From: Mycolicibacterium smegmatis
GTDB lineage: Bacteria; Actinomycetota; Actinomycetes; Mycobacteriales; Mycobacteriaceae
NCBI RefSeq assembly: GCF_001457595.1
Contig: NZ_LN831039.1
Span: forward strand, 4,890,001-4,922,000
Length of the DNA stretch: 32,000 bases
Direction of reading: 5' to 3'
In this document: one piece after another, positions 1-7,428 of the stretch
Position numbering within the stretch: position 1 is the stretch's first letter
Layout of the letters: each line of letters begins with the position of its first letter
The notes under the pieces: model-generated
What the model saw: only the letters and a program-made list of their open reading frames with translations
Told to the model about the DNA's origin: nothing
Database searches by the model: none
Position numbers and translations under genes: made by a program

Positions 1-1
1 C

Positions 2-253
2 GCGTGGACCACGCAGGGCTTCCCGCCCGGCGCCCCGTACGCGGGCCCCACGGGTAAGGACTTCGTGCCGTTCGGTGTCGGCCTGGTCGAACTCGCCGAC
101 GAGACCGGCCCCGTCATCCGCGTCGAGGGCCGGTTGACCGAAAACGACCCGGACAAGCTGGAATTCGGCCAGCAGGTCGAGCTCACGATGATTCCGTTCA
201 CCACCGACGACGAGGGCAACGAGGTCGTCACGTTCGCGTTCCAGCCGGTCTGA
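2..253 (+). CDS. DUF35-family OB-fold (acyl-CoA-associated) protein, C-terminal fragment; 5' end is upstream of the window
   Basis: The frame is open from base 2 to the TGA at 251-253. The tail ...FVPFGVGLVELADETGPVIRVEGRLTENDPDKLEFGQQVELTMIPF...FQPV resembles the OB-fold end of DUF35 proteins. A thiolase-like gene follows after 12 nt (GAGGAGG at 253-259), which is the usual DUF35+Ltp pairing. Confidence 0.75.
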   Translation, partial: AWTTQGFPPGAPYAGPTGKDFVPFGVGLVELADETGPVIRVEGRLTENDPDKLEFGQQVELTMIPFTTDDEGNEVVTFAFQPV

Positions 254-265
254 GGAGGTTCAGCA

Positions 266-1411
266 ATGACCAATGACGTCGCCATCATCGGCGTGGGACT
301 GCATCCGTTCGGCCGCTTCGACAAGCCCGCGGTGCAGATGGGCGCCGAGGCCATCCGCCTGGCCCTGAAGGACGCCGGGGTCGAGTGGAAGGACATCCAG
401 TTCGGGTTCGGCGGCAGTTACGAGGTGTCCAACCCGGACTCGGTGACCCGCCTGGTGGGCCTGACCGGCATCACGTTCACCAACGTGTTCAACGCGTGCG
501 CCACCTCGGCGAGCGCGATCCAGCAGACCGCAGACACGATCCGGCTGGGCAAGTACGACATCGGCGTGGCCGTCGGGCTGGACAAGCATCCGCGCGGCGC
601 GTTCACCGACGATCCGGCCAAGCTCGCACTGCCGCAGTGGTACGCGCAGAACGGGCAGTTCGTCACCACCAAGTTCTTCGGAATGAAGGCCAACAAGTAT
701 CTCCACGACCACAACATCAGCCAGGACACGCTGGCGCGCGTGGCCAACAAGAACTTCCGCAACGGCGCACTGAACCCGAATGCGTTCCGGCGCAAGGAGA
801 TCTCGGTCGAGGAAATCCTCGCCTCACCCACGCTGAACCACCCGCTGACGCAATACATGTTCTGCGCACCCGACGAGGGCGCGGCCGCGGTGATCATGTG
901 CCGGGCCGACATCGCGCACAAGTTCACCGACAAGCCGGTGTACGTGCGCGCCAGCGAGATCCGCACGCGGACCTTCGGCGCCTACGAGGTGCACGCGACC
1001 TCGGCGCCGCCCGAGTCCGACGCCGCGCCCACGGTGTACGCGGCCAGGGCGGCCTACGAGGCCGCGGGCATCGGCCCCGAGGACGTCGACATCGCGCAGT
1101 TGCAGGACACCGACGCCGGTGCCGAGGTGATCCACATGGCCGAGACCGGGCTGTGCGCCGACGGCGATCAGGAGAAGCTGATCGCCGAGGGCGCCACCGA
1201 GATCGATGGTTCGATCCCCGTCAACACCGACGGCGGCCTGATCGCCAACGGTGAGCCGATCGGGGCCTCGGGTCTGCGCCAGATGCATGAACTCGTACGC
1301 CAGTTGCGCGGCGAGGCCGGCGACCGCCAGGTGCCCGGCAACCCCCGTGTCGGGCTCGCGCAGGTCTACGGCGCACCCGGCACCGCATCCGCCACGATCC
1401 TTTCCCTCTGA
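266..1411 (+). CDS. Thiolase-like lipid-transfer protein (SCP-x/Ltp-type acetyl-CoA acetyltransferase family)
   Basis: 381-aa ORF with ATG 266 behind a GAGGAGG SD. The N-terminus MTNDVAIIGVGLHPFGRF and the C-terminal ...NTDGGLIANGEPIGASGLRQMHELVRQLRG... are typical of Ltp-type thiolases that partner with DUF35 proteins. Confidence 0.9.
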   Translation: MTNDVAIIGVGLHPFGRFDKPAVQMGAEAIRLALKDAGVEWKDIQFGFGGSYEVSNPDSVTRLVGLTGITFTNVFNACATSASAIQQTADTIRLGKYDIGVAVGLDKHPRGAFTDDPAKLALPQWYAQNGQFVTTKFFGMKANKYLHDHNISQDTLARVANKNFRNGALNPNAFRRKEISVEEILASPTLNHPLTQYMFCAPDEGAAAVIMCRADIAHKFTDKPVYVRASEIRTRTFGAYEVHATSAPPESDAAPTVYAARAAYEAAGIGPEDVDIAQLQDTDAGAEVIHMAETGLCADGDQEKLIAEGATEIDGSIPVNTDGGLIANGEPIGASGLRQMHELVRQLRGEAGDRQVPGNPRVGLAQVYGAPGTASATILSL

Positions 1412-1420
1412 GGTGTTCTC

Positions 1421-1487
1421 CCCGCGAGCAGACGCAGAACTGCCTGTTTTCAGCGCTTTTCAGGCAGTTATATGTCTGCTCGCGAGG
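1421..1487. terminator. Nested hairpin between convergent genes (candidate bidirectional terminator)
   Basis: Outer arms are CGCGAGCAGAC 1423-1433 and GTCTGCTCGCG 1474-1484 (11 bp). Inner arms are AACTGCCTG 1438-1446 and CAGGCAGTT 1461-1469 (9 bp), with a T-rich 14-nt loop. The structure fills the gap between the stops at 1411 (+) and 1494 (-). No flanking U-tract is present. Confidence 0.4.
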
Positions 1488-1493
1488 GAAAGG

Positions 1494-2099
1494 TCAGCCC
1501 GCTGCTTCGATCGGCAGCGGTTCGCCTTCGATGCGTCGCAGCCAGCCTTCGCAGAACTCGAGCACCTCGGCGTGCCCGGCCGACATCCCGAGCGCCTGTT
1601 CCATCACCATCACGCGCGACACGCTGGTCGCCAGGAAGGTCCACACGATCGGGGGCACGTCGGCCGCGTTGACGCCGTAGCGGTCCAGCGCGGCTGTCAT
1701 CGCCTTGGTCTGCTCGTCACGGAATCGTTCGGCGTAGCGGCCGATCTCCGTGCGCAGGGCCTTGCGGTGATTGGCCACACCCATGATCTCCATCGTCAAC
1801 CGCGTCGCACTGGGGTCGATGCCGAAGCGCCACAACGCCCACAGCGGCTGCGGCGAGTCGAGCGCACGGGCCTGCGCCGCCAGGCCCTCCTCGGCGCGCC
1901 TGCGGAACACCGCGAGGAACAGATCGTCCATGGTGCGGAAGTAGTAGTGCACCAGTTGCGGCTTGAGGCCGGCCCGCTCCGCGACCCGGCGGGACGTGAC
2001 GGCCGCGTAGCCCTCGTCGATCATGAGCGCCTCGGCTGCGTCGAGCAGGACGATGCGATTCTTCGCGTCCGGCGCCCCGATCCTTCGCGCCGATGCCAT
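1494..2099 (-). CDS. TetR/AcrR family transcriptional regulator
   Basis: 201-aa ORF. The N-terminal helix-turn-helix ...ILLDAAEALMIDEGYAAVTSRRVAERAGLKPQLVHYYFRTMDDLFLAVF... is a textbook TetR DNA-binding domain. The gene is divergent from the P450 gene at 2293. Confidence 0.92.
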   Translation of the reverse strand: MASARRIGAPDAKNRIVLLDAAEALMIDEGYAAVTSRRVAERAGLKPQLVHYYFRTMDDLFLAVFRRRAEEGLAAQARALDSPQPLWALWRFGIDPSATRLTMEIMGVANHRKALRTEIGRYAERFRDEQTKAMTAALDRYGVNAADVPPIVWTFLATSVSRVMVMEQALGMSAGHAEVLEFCEGWLRRIEGEPLPIEAAG

Positions 2100-2210
2100 A
2101 CCCGCACCCCTTCCCGAAAACGCGCCACATCACGTCGCCCGCGACTCCCACCAAATCGTAACGTCGGCGCTCCGTGTGATCTTGACCACGACTCTACCGC
2201 CATGCTAAGC

Positions 2211-2225
2211 AAGTGCTCAGCACTT
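2211..2225. promoter_or_regulatory. Candidate TetR operator palindrome
   Basis: Perfect 7-1-7 palindrome AAGTGCT-C-AGCACTT in the 193-bp TetR/P450 divergent intergenic region, 68 nt upstream of the P450 ATG. Confidence 0.35.
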
Positions 2226-2292
2226 TGCGGATCATCCATTCCCTCTGCCGCGAAACCACTGCAGCGCACATCGATTTCGGAGGAAGCGCAAC

Positions 2293-3606
2293 ATGACCGA
2301 TTCCACGGCAACCGACCCTGCGGCCACGACACCGGATTTCGACACCGTCGACTACTTCACCGATCAGTCGCTGGTCCCCGACCCGCATCCCTACTTCGAT
2401 CACCTGCGCAGCAAGTGCCCCGTGGTCCGGGAGCCCCATTACGGCGTGCTCGCGATCACGAGTTTCGAAGAGGCCACGACCGTCCTCAAGGACACCGAGA
2501 CGTTCTCGTCGTGCATCGCGGTCGGAGGTCCGTTCCCGCCGCTGCCGTTCACGCCAGAAGGTGACGACATCACCGGGCAGATCGAGCAGCACCGCACGCA
2601 ACTGCCGATGTTCGAGCACATGGTCACCATGGATCCGCCCGAGCACACCAACGCACGGTCCCTGCTGAACCGGCTACTGACGCCCAAGCGCCTCAAGGAG
2701 AACGAGGACTTCATGTGGCGCCTGGCCGACGAGTGCCTCGACGACTTCATCGACGACGGCAGCTGCGAGTTCCTCAAGCAGTACGCAAAGCCGTTCTCGC
2801 TGTTGGTGATCGCCGACCTGCTCGGTGTCCCCGAGGAGGACCATGACGAGTTCCGGCACGTGCTGGGCGCTCCGCGGCCCGGCGCGATCGTGGGCTCCCT
2901 CGACGGTGACCAACTCGCGATGAACCCACTGGCCTGGCTGGACGACAAATTCGTCCGCTACCTCGAGGACCGTCGCAAGGAACCACGTGACGACGTGCTC
3001 ACCGCGCTCGCCACCGCGAAGTACCCGGACGGTTCGACGCCCGAGGTCATCGACGTCGTGCGCTCGGCGACGTTCCTCTTCGCGGCGGGCCAGGAGACCA
3101 CCACCAAGCTCCTGTCGGCGTCCCTGCGGGTGCTGGGCGACCGGCCCGACATCCAGCAGGCACTGCGCGAAGACCGCAGCCGCATCCCGACCTTCGTCGA
3201 GGAGGCCCTGCGGATGGACGCCCCGGTGAAAAGCCAGTTCCGCCTTGCCAAGAAAACCACCCAACTCGGCGGAGTGGACGTGCCTGCAGGCACCACCCTC
3301 ATGGTGTGCCCAGGAGCGGTGAACCGGGATCCGGTCCGCTTCGAGGATCCGCACACCTTCAGCCTCGACCGCAAGAACGTCCGCGAGCACATCGCGTTCG
3401 GCCGCGGCGTGCACAGCTGCCCGGGCGGCCCGCTGGCGCGCGTCGAGGGCCGGGTGTCCCTGGAGCGCATCCTCGACCGCATGGCCGACATCAGGATCGA
3501 CGAGGAGCATCACGGTCCGGCCGACAACCGGCGCTACACCTACGAGCCGACGTACATCCTGCGCGGCCTGACCGACCTTCACATCAAGTTCGAACCGGTG
3601 CGCTGA
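2293..3606 (+). CDS. Cytochrome P450
   Basis: 437-aa ORF with a GGAGGAAG SD upstream of ATG 2293. It has an EXXR motif (VEEALRMD) and the heme-thiolate loop FGRGVHSCPGGPLA. Confidence 0.95.
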   Translation: MTDSTATDPAATTPDFDTVDYFTDQSLVPDPHPYFDHLRSKCPVVREPHYGVLAITSFEEATTVLKDTETFSSCIAVGGPFPPLPFTPEGDDITGQIEQHRTQLPMFEHMVTMDPPEHTNARSLLNRLLTPKRLKENEDFMWRLADECLDDFIDDGSCEFLKQYAKPFSLLVIADLLGVPEEDHDEFRHVLGAPRPGAIVGSLDGDQLAMNPLAWLDDKFVRYLEDRRKEPRDDVLTALATAKYPDGSTPEVIDVVRSATFLFAAGQETTTKLLSASLRVLGDRPDIQQALREDRSRIPTFVEEALRMDAPVKSQFRLAKKTTQLGGVDVPAGTTLMVCPGAVNRDPVRFEDPHTFSLDRKNVREHIAFGRGVHSCPGGPLARVEGRVSLERILDRMADIRIDEEHHGPADNRRYTYEPTYILRGLTDLHIKFEPVR

Positions 3607-3694
3607 GGACGGACGAGATTGCGGATTCGCCACGGCGGAGCCCGATCTCGTTCTATAGTCAGCCGTGCAGTGCCGCGAGCCGTGGAGGTGCTTC

Positions 3695-4171
3695 GTGAAA
3701 TCGCCCGTGATGTGCGCCGTGGTCAGTGCAGCAAGCGCCGTGCTCGGCGTCGCGGCAACGTGTTTCGCGCCGCCGGCGTCGGCGATGTATCTGGGCAACT
3801 ACAACCTGCACATGCCCGATCGCCGCGACTTCCACACGTATGTCTTCTCGATGATGGCACCGTGTCGGGATGCCGACGACAAGAGTCGCACCGACTGCGT
3901 ACAGGTTCAGGCGATTCCGCAGCCCATTGCCAAGGCGGCCAACACCTACACCGAGGCAGTCGTCGTCGACGGTCGTTACACCATGGTCATCGACGATCCG
4001 TTCGGCCTGCGGTGCGGTGACATCTACTACGGCCCCACGATTCCCACCCACGACGTGTACACCTGGGACGCAACGACACTCGCCGGCCAGATGGTGTCCA
4101 CATTCGATGTGGGGTGCGATGGCGCCCCCGGCGGTTCGTTCACCTATCCGTTCTTCCTGACGAGGATGTGA
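3695..4171 (+). CDS. Secreted hypothetical protein (4-Cys, signal peptide)
   Basis: The track ORF is 3665-4171. I prefer GTG 3695 because GGAGG at 3684-3688 lies 6 nt upstream. That start gives a signal peptide (M)KSPVMCAVVSAASAVLGVAATCFAPPASA followed by MYLG. The mature part has 4 Cys and ends ...SFTYPFFLTRM. No family recognised. Confidence 0.6.
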   Translation: MKSPVMCAVVSAASAVLGVAATCFAPPASAMYLGNYNLHMPDRRDFHTYVFSMMAPCRDADDKSRTDCVQVQAIPQPIAKAANTYTEAVVVDGRYTMVIDDPFGLRCGDIYYGPTIPTHDVYTWDATTLAGQMVSTFDVGCDGAPGGSFTYPFFLTRM

Positions 4172-4174
4172 TCG

Positions 4175-4594
4175 ATGCGGTCGACACTGGCATTCGCCAC
4201 CACACTGGGACTGCTGGGAGGTGCGCTGGTGGCCGCGGCACCAGCCGCGGCCGACGATCCGGTGCTGCACCACGTGCGCTACACCGTGACGGCGGACGCG
4301 CCGTTCTGGGCGCACATCTACTACCGCGACACGCAGCCGGCGATCTTCTCCGACTACAGCCACAATCCGTACGTCTTCAGCCCGCGCGCCGAGGCAGATG
4401 TCGCGCCCGACAAGCCGTGGGTGCACGAGACGATGCTCGCCGACCCCAACCTGTGGGCCATGGTGGTGGTGCAGAGCGGTGAGGCCCCGAATCTCGAACC
4501 GCCGGGCTTCAACTGCGAACTCGCGGTCGACGGCGTCGTGGTGAAGACCGACAGCGGGCCCAAAGGCGCGCTGTGCTCCATCCGGGCCTGGTGA
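4175..4594 (+). CDS. Secreted protein with MmpS-like domain architecture
   Basis: 139-aa ORF with ATG 4175, 3 nt after the upstream stop. Signal peptide MRSTLAFATTLGLLGGALVAAAPAAADD. The mature part shows the MmpS-like pattern VRYTVTAD..AHIYYRD ... PWVHETM ... VVVQSG ... FNCELAVDGVVV ... ALC. Confidence 0.6.
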   Translation: MRSTLAFATTLGLLGGALVAAAPAAADDPVLHHVRYTVTADAPFWAHIYYRDTQPAIFSDYSHNPYVFSPRAEADVAPDKPWVHETMLADPNLWAMVVVQSGEAPNLEPPGFNCELAVDGVVVKTDSGPKGALCSIRAW

Positions 4595-4613
4595 GGCCCA
4601 CCCGCCTGAGCGG

Positions 4614-5018
4614 TTACGCGTCCCCGCGCCGCCAGAGCGTCTCGCCGTTCATCGGCACACACGTCAAAAACAACCCGTCGGGCGCCTGGGCGACCATGTT
4701 CAACTCCCCCAGGCACGAACTGTTCTCGTCACGGATGCCGGCCATCGGCGGCGACCGGAACCACCTGGGCTCGTACCGGCGGGGCGAACCGCAGAACACC
4801 AGACGACCCCAATTGTTGCGGGCGTCAACGCCGAACACGTAGTACGTGGTGTTGCTGCACGGCGCCCCCAGCACGGCATGCGGATTGATGCCAGGTACGC
4901 AGAACGCGTCGTTACAGGTCTGCGGGCCCGCAGCGGCCGGTGGTGCTGTCAACAGACCGGCCAGAACCGTTGCCGCGGCCGCGATCACCGTCACTCGCAC
5001 CCTGCCAGAGTGCCACAT
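4614..5018 (-). CDS. Secreted Cys-rich hypothetical protein
   Basis: The track ORF is 4614-5081 with a TTG start. ATG 5018 gives the signal peptide MWHSGRVRVTVIAAAATVLAGLLTAPPAAAG. The 21 codons upstream have A/T-rich third positions (TTT, AAT, CTT) and look non-coding. The mature part has 6 Cys. The start site is uncertain. Confidence 0.55.
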   Translation of the reverse strand: MWHSGRVRVTVIAAAATVLAGLLTAPPAAAGPQTCNDAFCVPGINPHAVLGAPCSNTTYYVFGVDARNNWGRLVFCGSPRRYEPRWFRSPPMAGIRDENSSCLGELNMVAQAPDGLFLTCVPMNGETLWRRGDA

Positions 5019-5177
5019 CGGAAAACGAAATTCTTCCTTTCGGAGAAGATTGCCCGGAGGCCGTTCGATCGCATCCGGCAAATCCGCACGATGGCCGTGA
5101 CCGGCCTGTGCGGCACTGTTATCCTCCTAGTCGAGAATGCCGGTACCGATCGTTTTCGATCCCTTGAGGAGCGGCTC

Positions 5178-5687
5178 ATGTCGACCACCAAAATGATTGC
5201 GGGCGCGGCGATCTTGGCCTCGGCGACCGCGCTGGGCCTCTTGGGCGCACCGACCGCGTCGGCCGGCGAGGGCTGGGGTATCAACGGCACGTTCGCCATG
5301 TCGTCCAACGGCGAGTGGGCGAAGATCAACGAGCGCTACCAGAAGCAGCCGTCGACCCGCGGCACGTGGACCGTCAGCACGCAGTGCGTGTCACCGACCG
5401 AGTGCACGGGCACGGTGACAAGCGATCAGGGCTGGTCGGCGCCGATCTACACCAACAGCGGCCTGTGGTACGTCAAAAGGGTTCTGCCGCAATGGCGGTA
5501 CTGCGCCGACGGAACCCCCATCGAGGGTCTACAGATCTACAAGTTCTACCCGGTCGGAGAAAACGCGCAAGTCGACGTCAATTCCGACGAATATGCCGGC
5601 GAGGACACCACGACAGGTCCCAGTGGATCCTGCGGCCGCAATCAGTGGCCCGCGATCCGGATGCCGTTCTACATGAAGAAGATCTGA
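5178..5687 (+). CDS. Secreted hypothetical protein (4-Cys, likely distant paralog of 3695-4171)
   Basis: ATG 5178 is preceded by GAGGAG at 5166-5171. Signal peptide MSTTKMIAGAAILASATALGLLGAPTASAG. It shows strong G/C third-position bias, has 4 Cys, and ends ...AIRMPFYMKKI. The track ORF start at 4878 runs through the divergent intergenic region. Confidence 0.7.
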   Translation: MSTTKMIAGAAILASATALGLLGAPTASAGEGWGINGTFAMSSNGEWAKINERYQKQPSTRGTWTVSTQCVSPTECTGTVTSDQGWSAPIYTNSGLWYVKRVLPQWRYCADGTPIEGLQIYKFYPVGENAQVDVNSDEYAGEDTTTGPSGSCGRNQWPAIRMPFYMKKI

Positions 5688-5697
5688 CCAACCGCCC

Positions 5698-7428
5698 TCA
5701 GCTCGGCATCAGATCCTGCCACGACTTGGCGTTACCCACCAGGTTGGCCTGGCGGTAGAGCTTGCCGTCGGCGCCCATGTACTCGCCGTTGCGCGGGTTG
5801 TACTTGGCCACCGTCACCGCGGGCCCGGACGATTTCCCACCGTCGAACGCACTCGGCGCGGCCACGGGTGCACCTGGATCCGTCGCCGGCGGCGGAGCTG
5901 TGAGACCGTGCGGCACAGGCACTTCGGTGGCCTGCGGCAGTTGCGCGGGAGGCAGCGGCACGATCTCTGGGTTGCGGATCGGCGCCGGCGGCTGCCCCGG
6001 CACCGGCGGATCGACGTAGATCGGCTGCCCCGGCAGCATCGGACCAGGGTTGGTGCCCGCGAAATTCGGTGGTGGCTGCGGCGCAGGAGGCGGACCCTGC
6101 GGAGGCGCCGTCACGCCAGGCGGCAGCGGGCTGCCCTGCAGCGGACCGAAGATCTTGTCGTCGGGCCGCACACGCGAATCCGGTGCGACACCTTGAGCTA
6201 TGAGGTTGGGGTCGAACGGGTACGGGCCGAGCGTGTGCTGGCGTTGCGCCAGCGGCTGGTAGCCGTTGGGGTCGTTGCACAGCTCGACCGTGGGCGCGCG
6301 CTTACCGGGATGAGCCATGCACGGATAGTTGCGCGCACCACGTACCGCCACCGGCGAATCCTGCGGCAGCTTGCAGTAGAGGTTGTCGGGGGTGTCCATA
6401 TCGCTCTCGTCGGCCGGTGAACGCCATGCCGATGGAGGCAGGAAGCCCACGGTGCACGACGACGGGTCACCGAGGCCCAGCGAGAACTCACCGTTGGGAA
6501 GGCCGGCCGGGCTGTTGGTCGGCGTGTACGTCTGGATCTGGGCGACATACGGCGGCAACAGGACCAGCAACTGTTCGATCGAGGGGTTGTAGGTCACCGC
6601 GATCTGCCCGATGGTGGTCAGGTTGGCCAGCAGCACCGGCAGTGTCGGTTTGATCCCATCGAGCAGGCGGGAGGTCTCCTGCGCGAAACCAGGCCCCTCG
6701 CGCAGAACTGTGCGGATCTGTGCGTCGTCGTCGGACACCGTCCCGGTGATGCCGGCGAGGCTGCGCGCCCAGGTGCGGATCGAATCCGCGGTCTGGGCCT
6801 GCGCGTCGAGGAACGGTCCGGAGTCGTCGATCAGCGCACGGGTCTGGTCGGACACCGCACTGGCATCCGTGGTGATGGTGGACGCCGAATCCAGCAGCGA
6901 ACCGAAGTCGAACCCCGTGCCGTTGAACGCGTCGTAGGACTCGTCGAGCAACTGGCTCAACTTGTCCTTGGGGATGGTGTCCACCAGCGCGCTGAGCTGA
7001 TCGAGCATCGGGCCGACCGCTTGCGGAATGGTGGTCTCGGACGCCGGGATCACCGATCCGTTCTCCAGATACGGCCCGGAGTCCTTGCGCGGCAACAGTT
7101 CCACGTACTGCTCGCCCACTGCCGACATGCTGCGCACCTGCGCCTGCAGATCCGCGGGCACCTTGGGTGAGCGGTCCAGCGACAGCGTGGCCTCGGCGCC
7201 GGTCTCGGTGAGCTCGACCGCAGTCACCTTGCCGATCTGCGACCCGCGATAAGTGACGTTGCTGAACTGGTAGAGACCACCGGTTGCCGGCAGTTGCAGC
7301 GTCACCGTGATGCGTCCGAGCCCCAGCAGGGTCGGCACCTGCATGTAGGCGAACAACATCACCGCCACACCCACGATCGAGGCGATCGTGAAGATGATCA
7401 GCTGGGTGCGTATGAAACGGGTGAGCAT
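5698..7428 (-). CDS. mceF: Mce family protein, sixth position (MceF-type)
   Basis: ATG at 7426-7428 overlaps the mceE TAA by 1 nt (TAATG). N-terminal TM helix MLTRFIRTQLIIFTIASIVGVAVMLFAY, then an Mce/MlaD domain ...ITVTLQLPATGGLYQFSNVTYRGSQIGKVTAVEL.... Long helical region and a Pro-rich C-terminal tail. The 128 codons upstream in the track ORF overlap mceE and are not credible. Confidence 0.9.
   Translation of the reverse strand: MLTRFIRTQLIIFTIASIVGVAVMLFAYMQVPTLLGLGRITVTLQLPATGGLYQFSNVTYRGSQIGKVTAVELTETGAEATLSLDRSPKVPADLQAQVRSMSAVGEQYVELLPRKDSGPYLENGSVIPASETTIPQAVGPMLDQLSALVDTIPKDKLSQLLDESYDAFNGTGFDFGSLLDSASTITTDASAVSDQTRALIDDSGPFLDAQAQTADSIRTWARSLAGITGTVSDDDAQIRTVLREGPGFAQETSRLLDGIKPTLPVLLANLTTIGQIAVTYNPSIEQLLVLLPPYVAQIQTYTPTNSPAGLPNGEFSLGLGDPSSCTVGFLPPSAWRSPADESDMDTPDNLYCKLPQDSPVAVRGARNYPCMAHPGKRAPTVELCNDPNGYQPLAQRQHTLGPYPFDPNLIAQGVAPDSRVRPDDKIFGPLQGSPLPPGVTAPPQGPPPAPQPPPNFAGTNPGPMLPGQPIYVDPPVPGQPPAPIRNPEIVPLPPAQLPQATEVPVPHGLTAPPPATDPGAPVAAPSAFDGGKSSGPAVTVAKYNPRNGEYMGADGKLYRQANLVGNAKSWQDLMPS

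Noticed and set aside
65-253. GTG at 65 as the true start of the first ORF
   Set aside because: The same frame is open back to base 2 (AWTTQGFPPGAPYAGPTGKDF...), and 62 aa is too short for a DUF35 protein. The gene is truncated by the window edge.
1251-2564. Very long ORFs antisense to or overlapping confident genes (also 2674-3798, 6488-7498, 7488-8648, 13147-14682, 15590-16480, 16093-17070, 16556-18505, 19349-20401, 20489-21994, 23439-24626, 23728-24681, 25374-26288, 27555-28766, 29456-30286, 30912-31886)
   Set aside because: These are typical high-GC artefacts. Their translations are Arg/Pro/Gly/Ala-rich with no motifs. Each overlaps a gene that has clear family signatures and correct codon bias.
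5900-6150. GC-rich Pro-coding stretches as tandem DNA repeats or PE/PPE-PGRS-like elements (also 7440-7760 and 8830-9130)
   Set aside because: I saw no periodic nucleotide repeat unit when reading the sequence. They are in-frame C-terminal tails of Mce proteins and carry no PE or PPE N-terminal domain.
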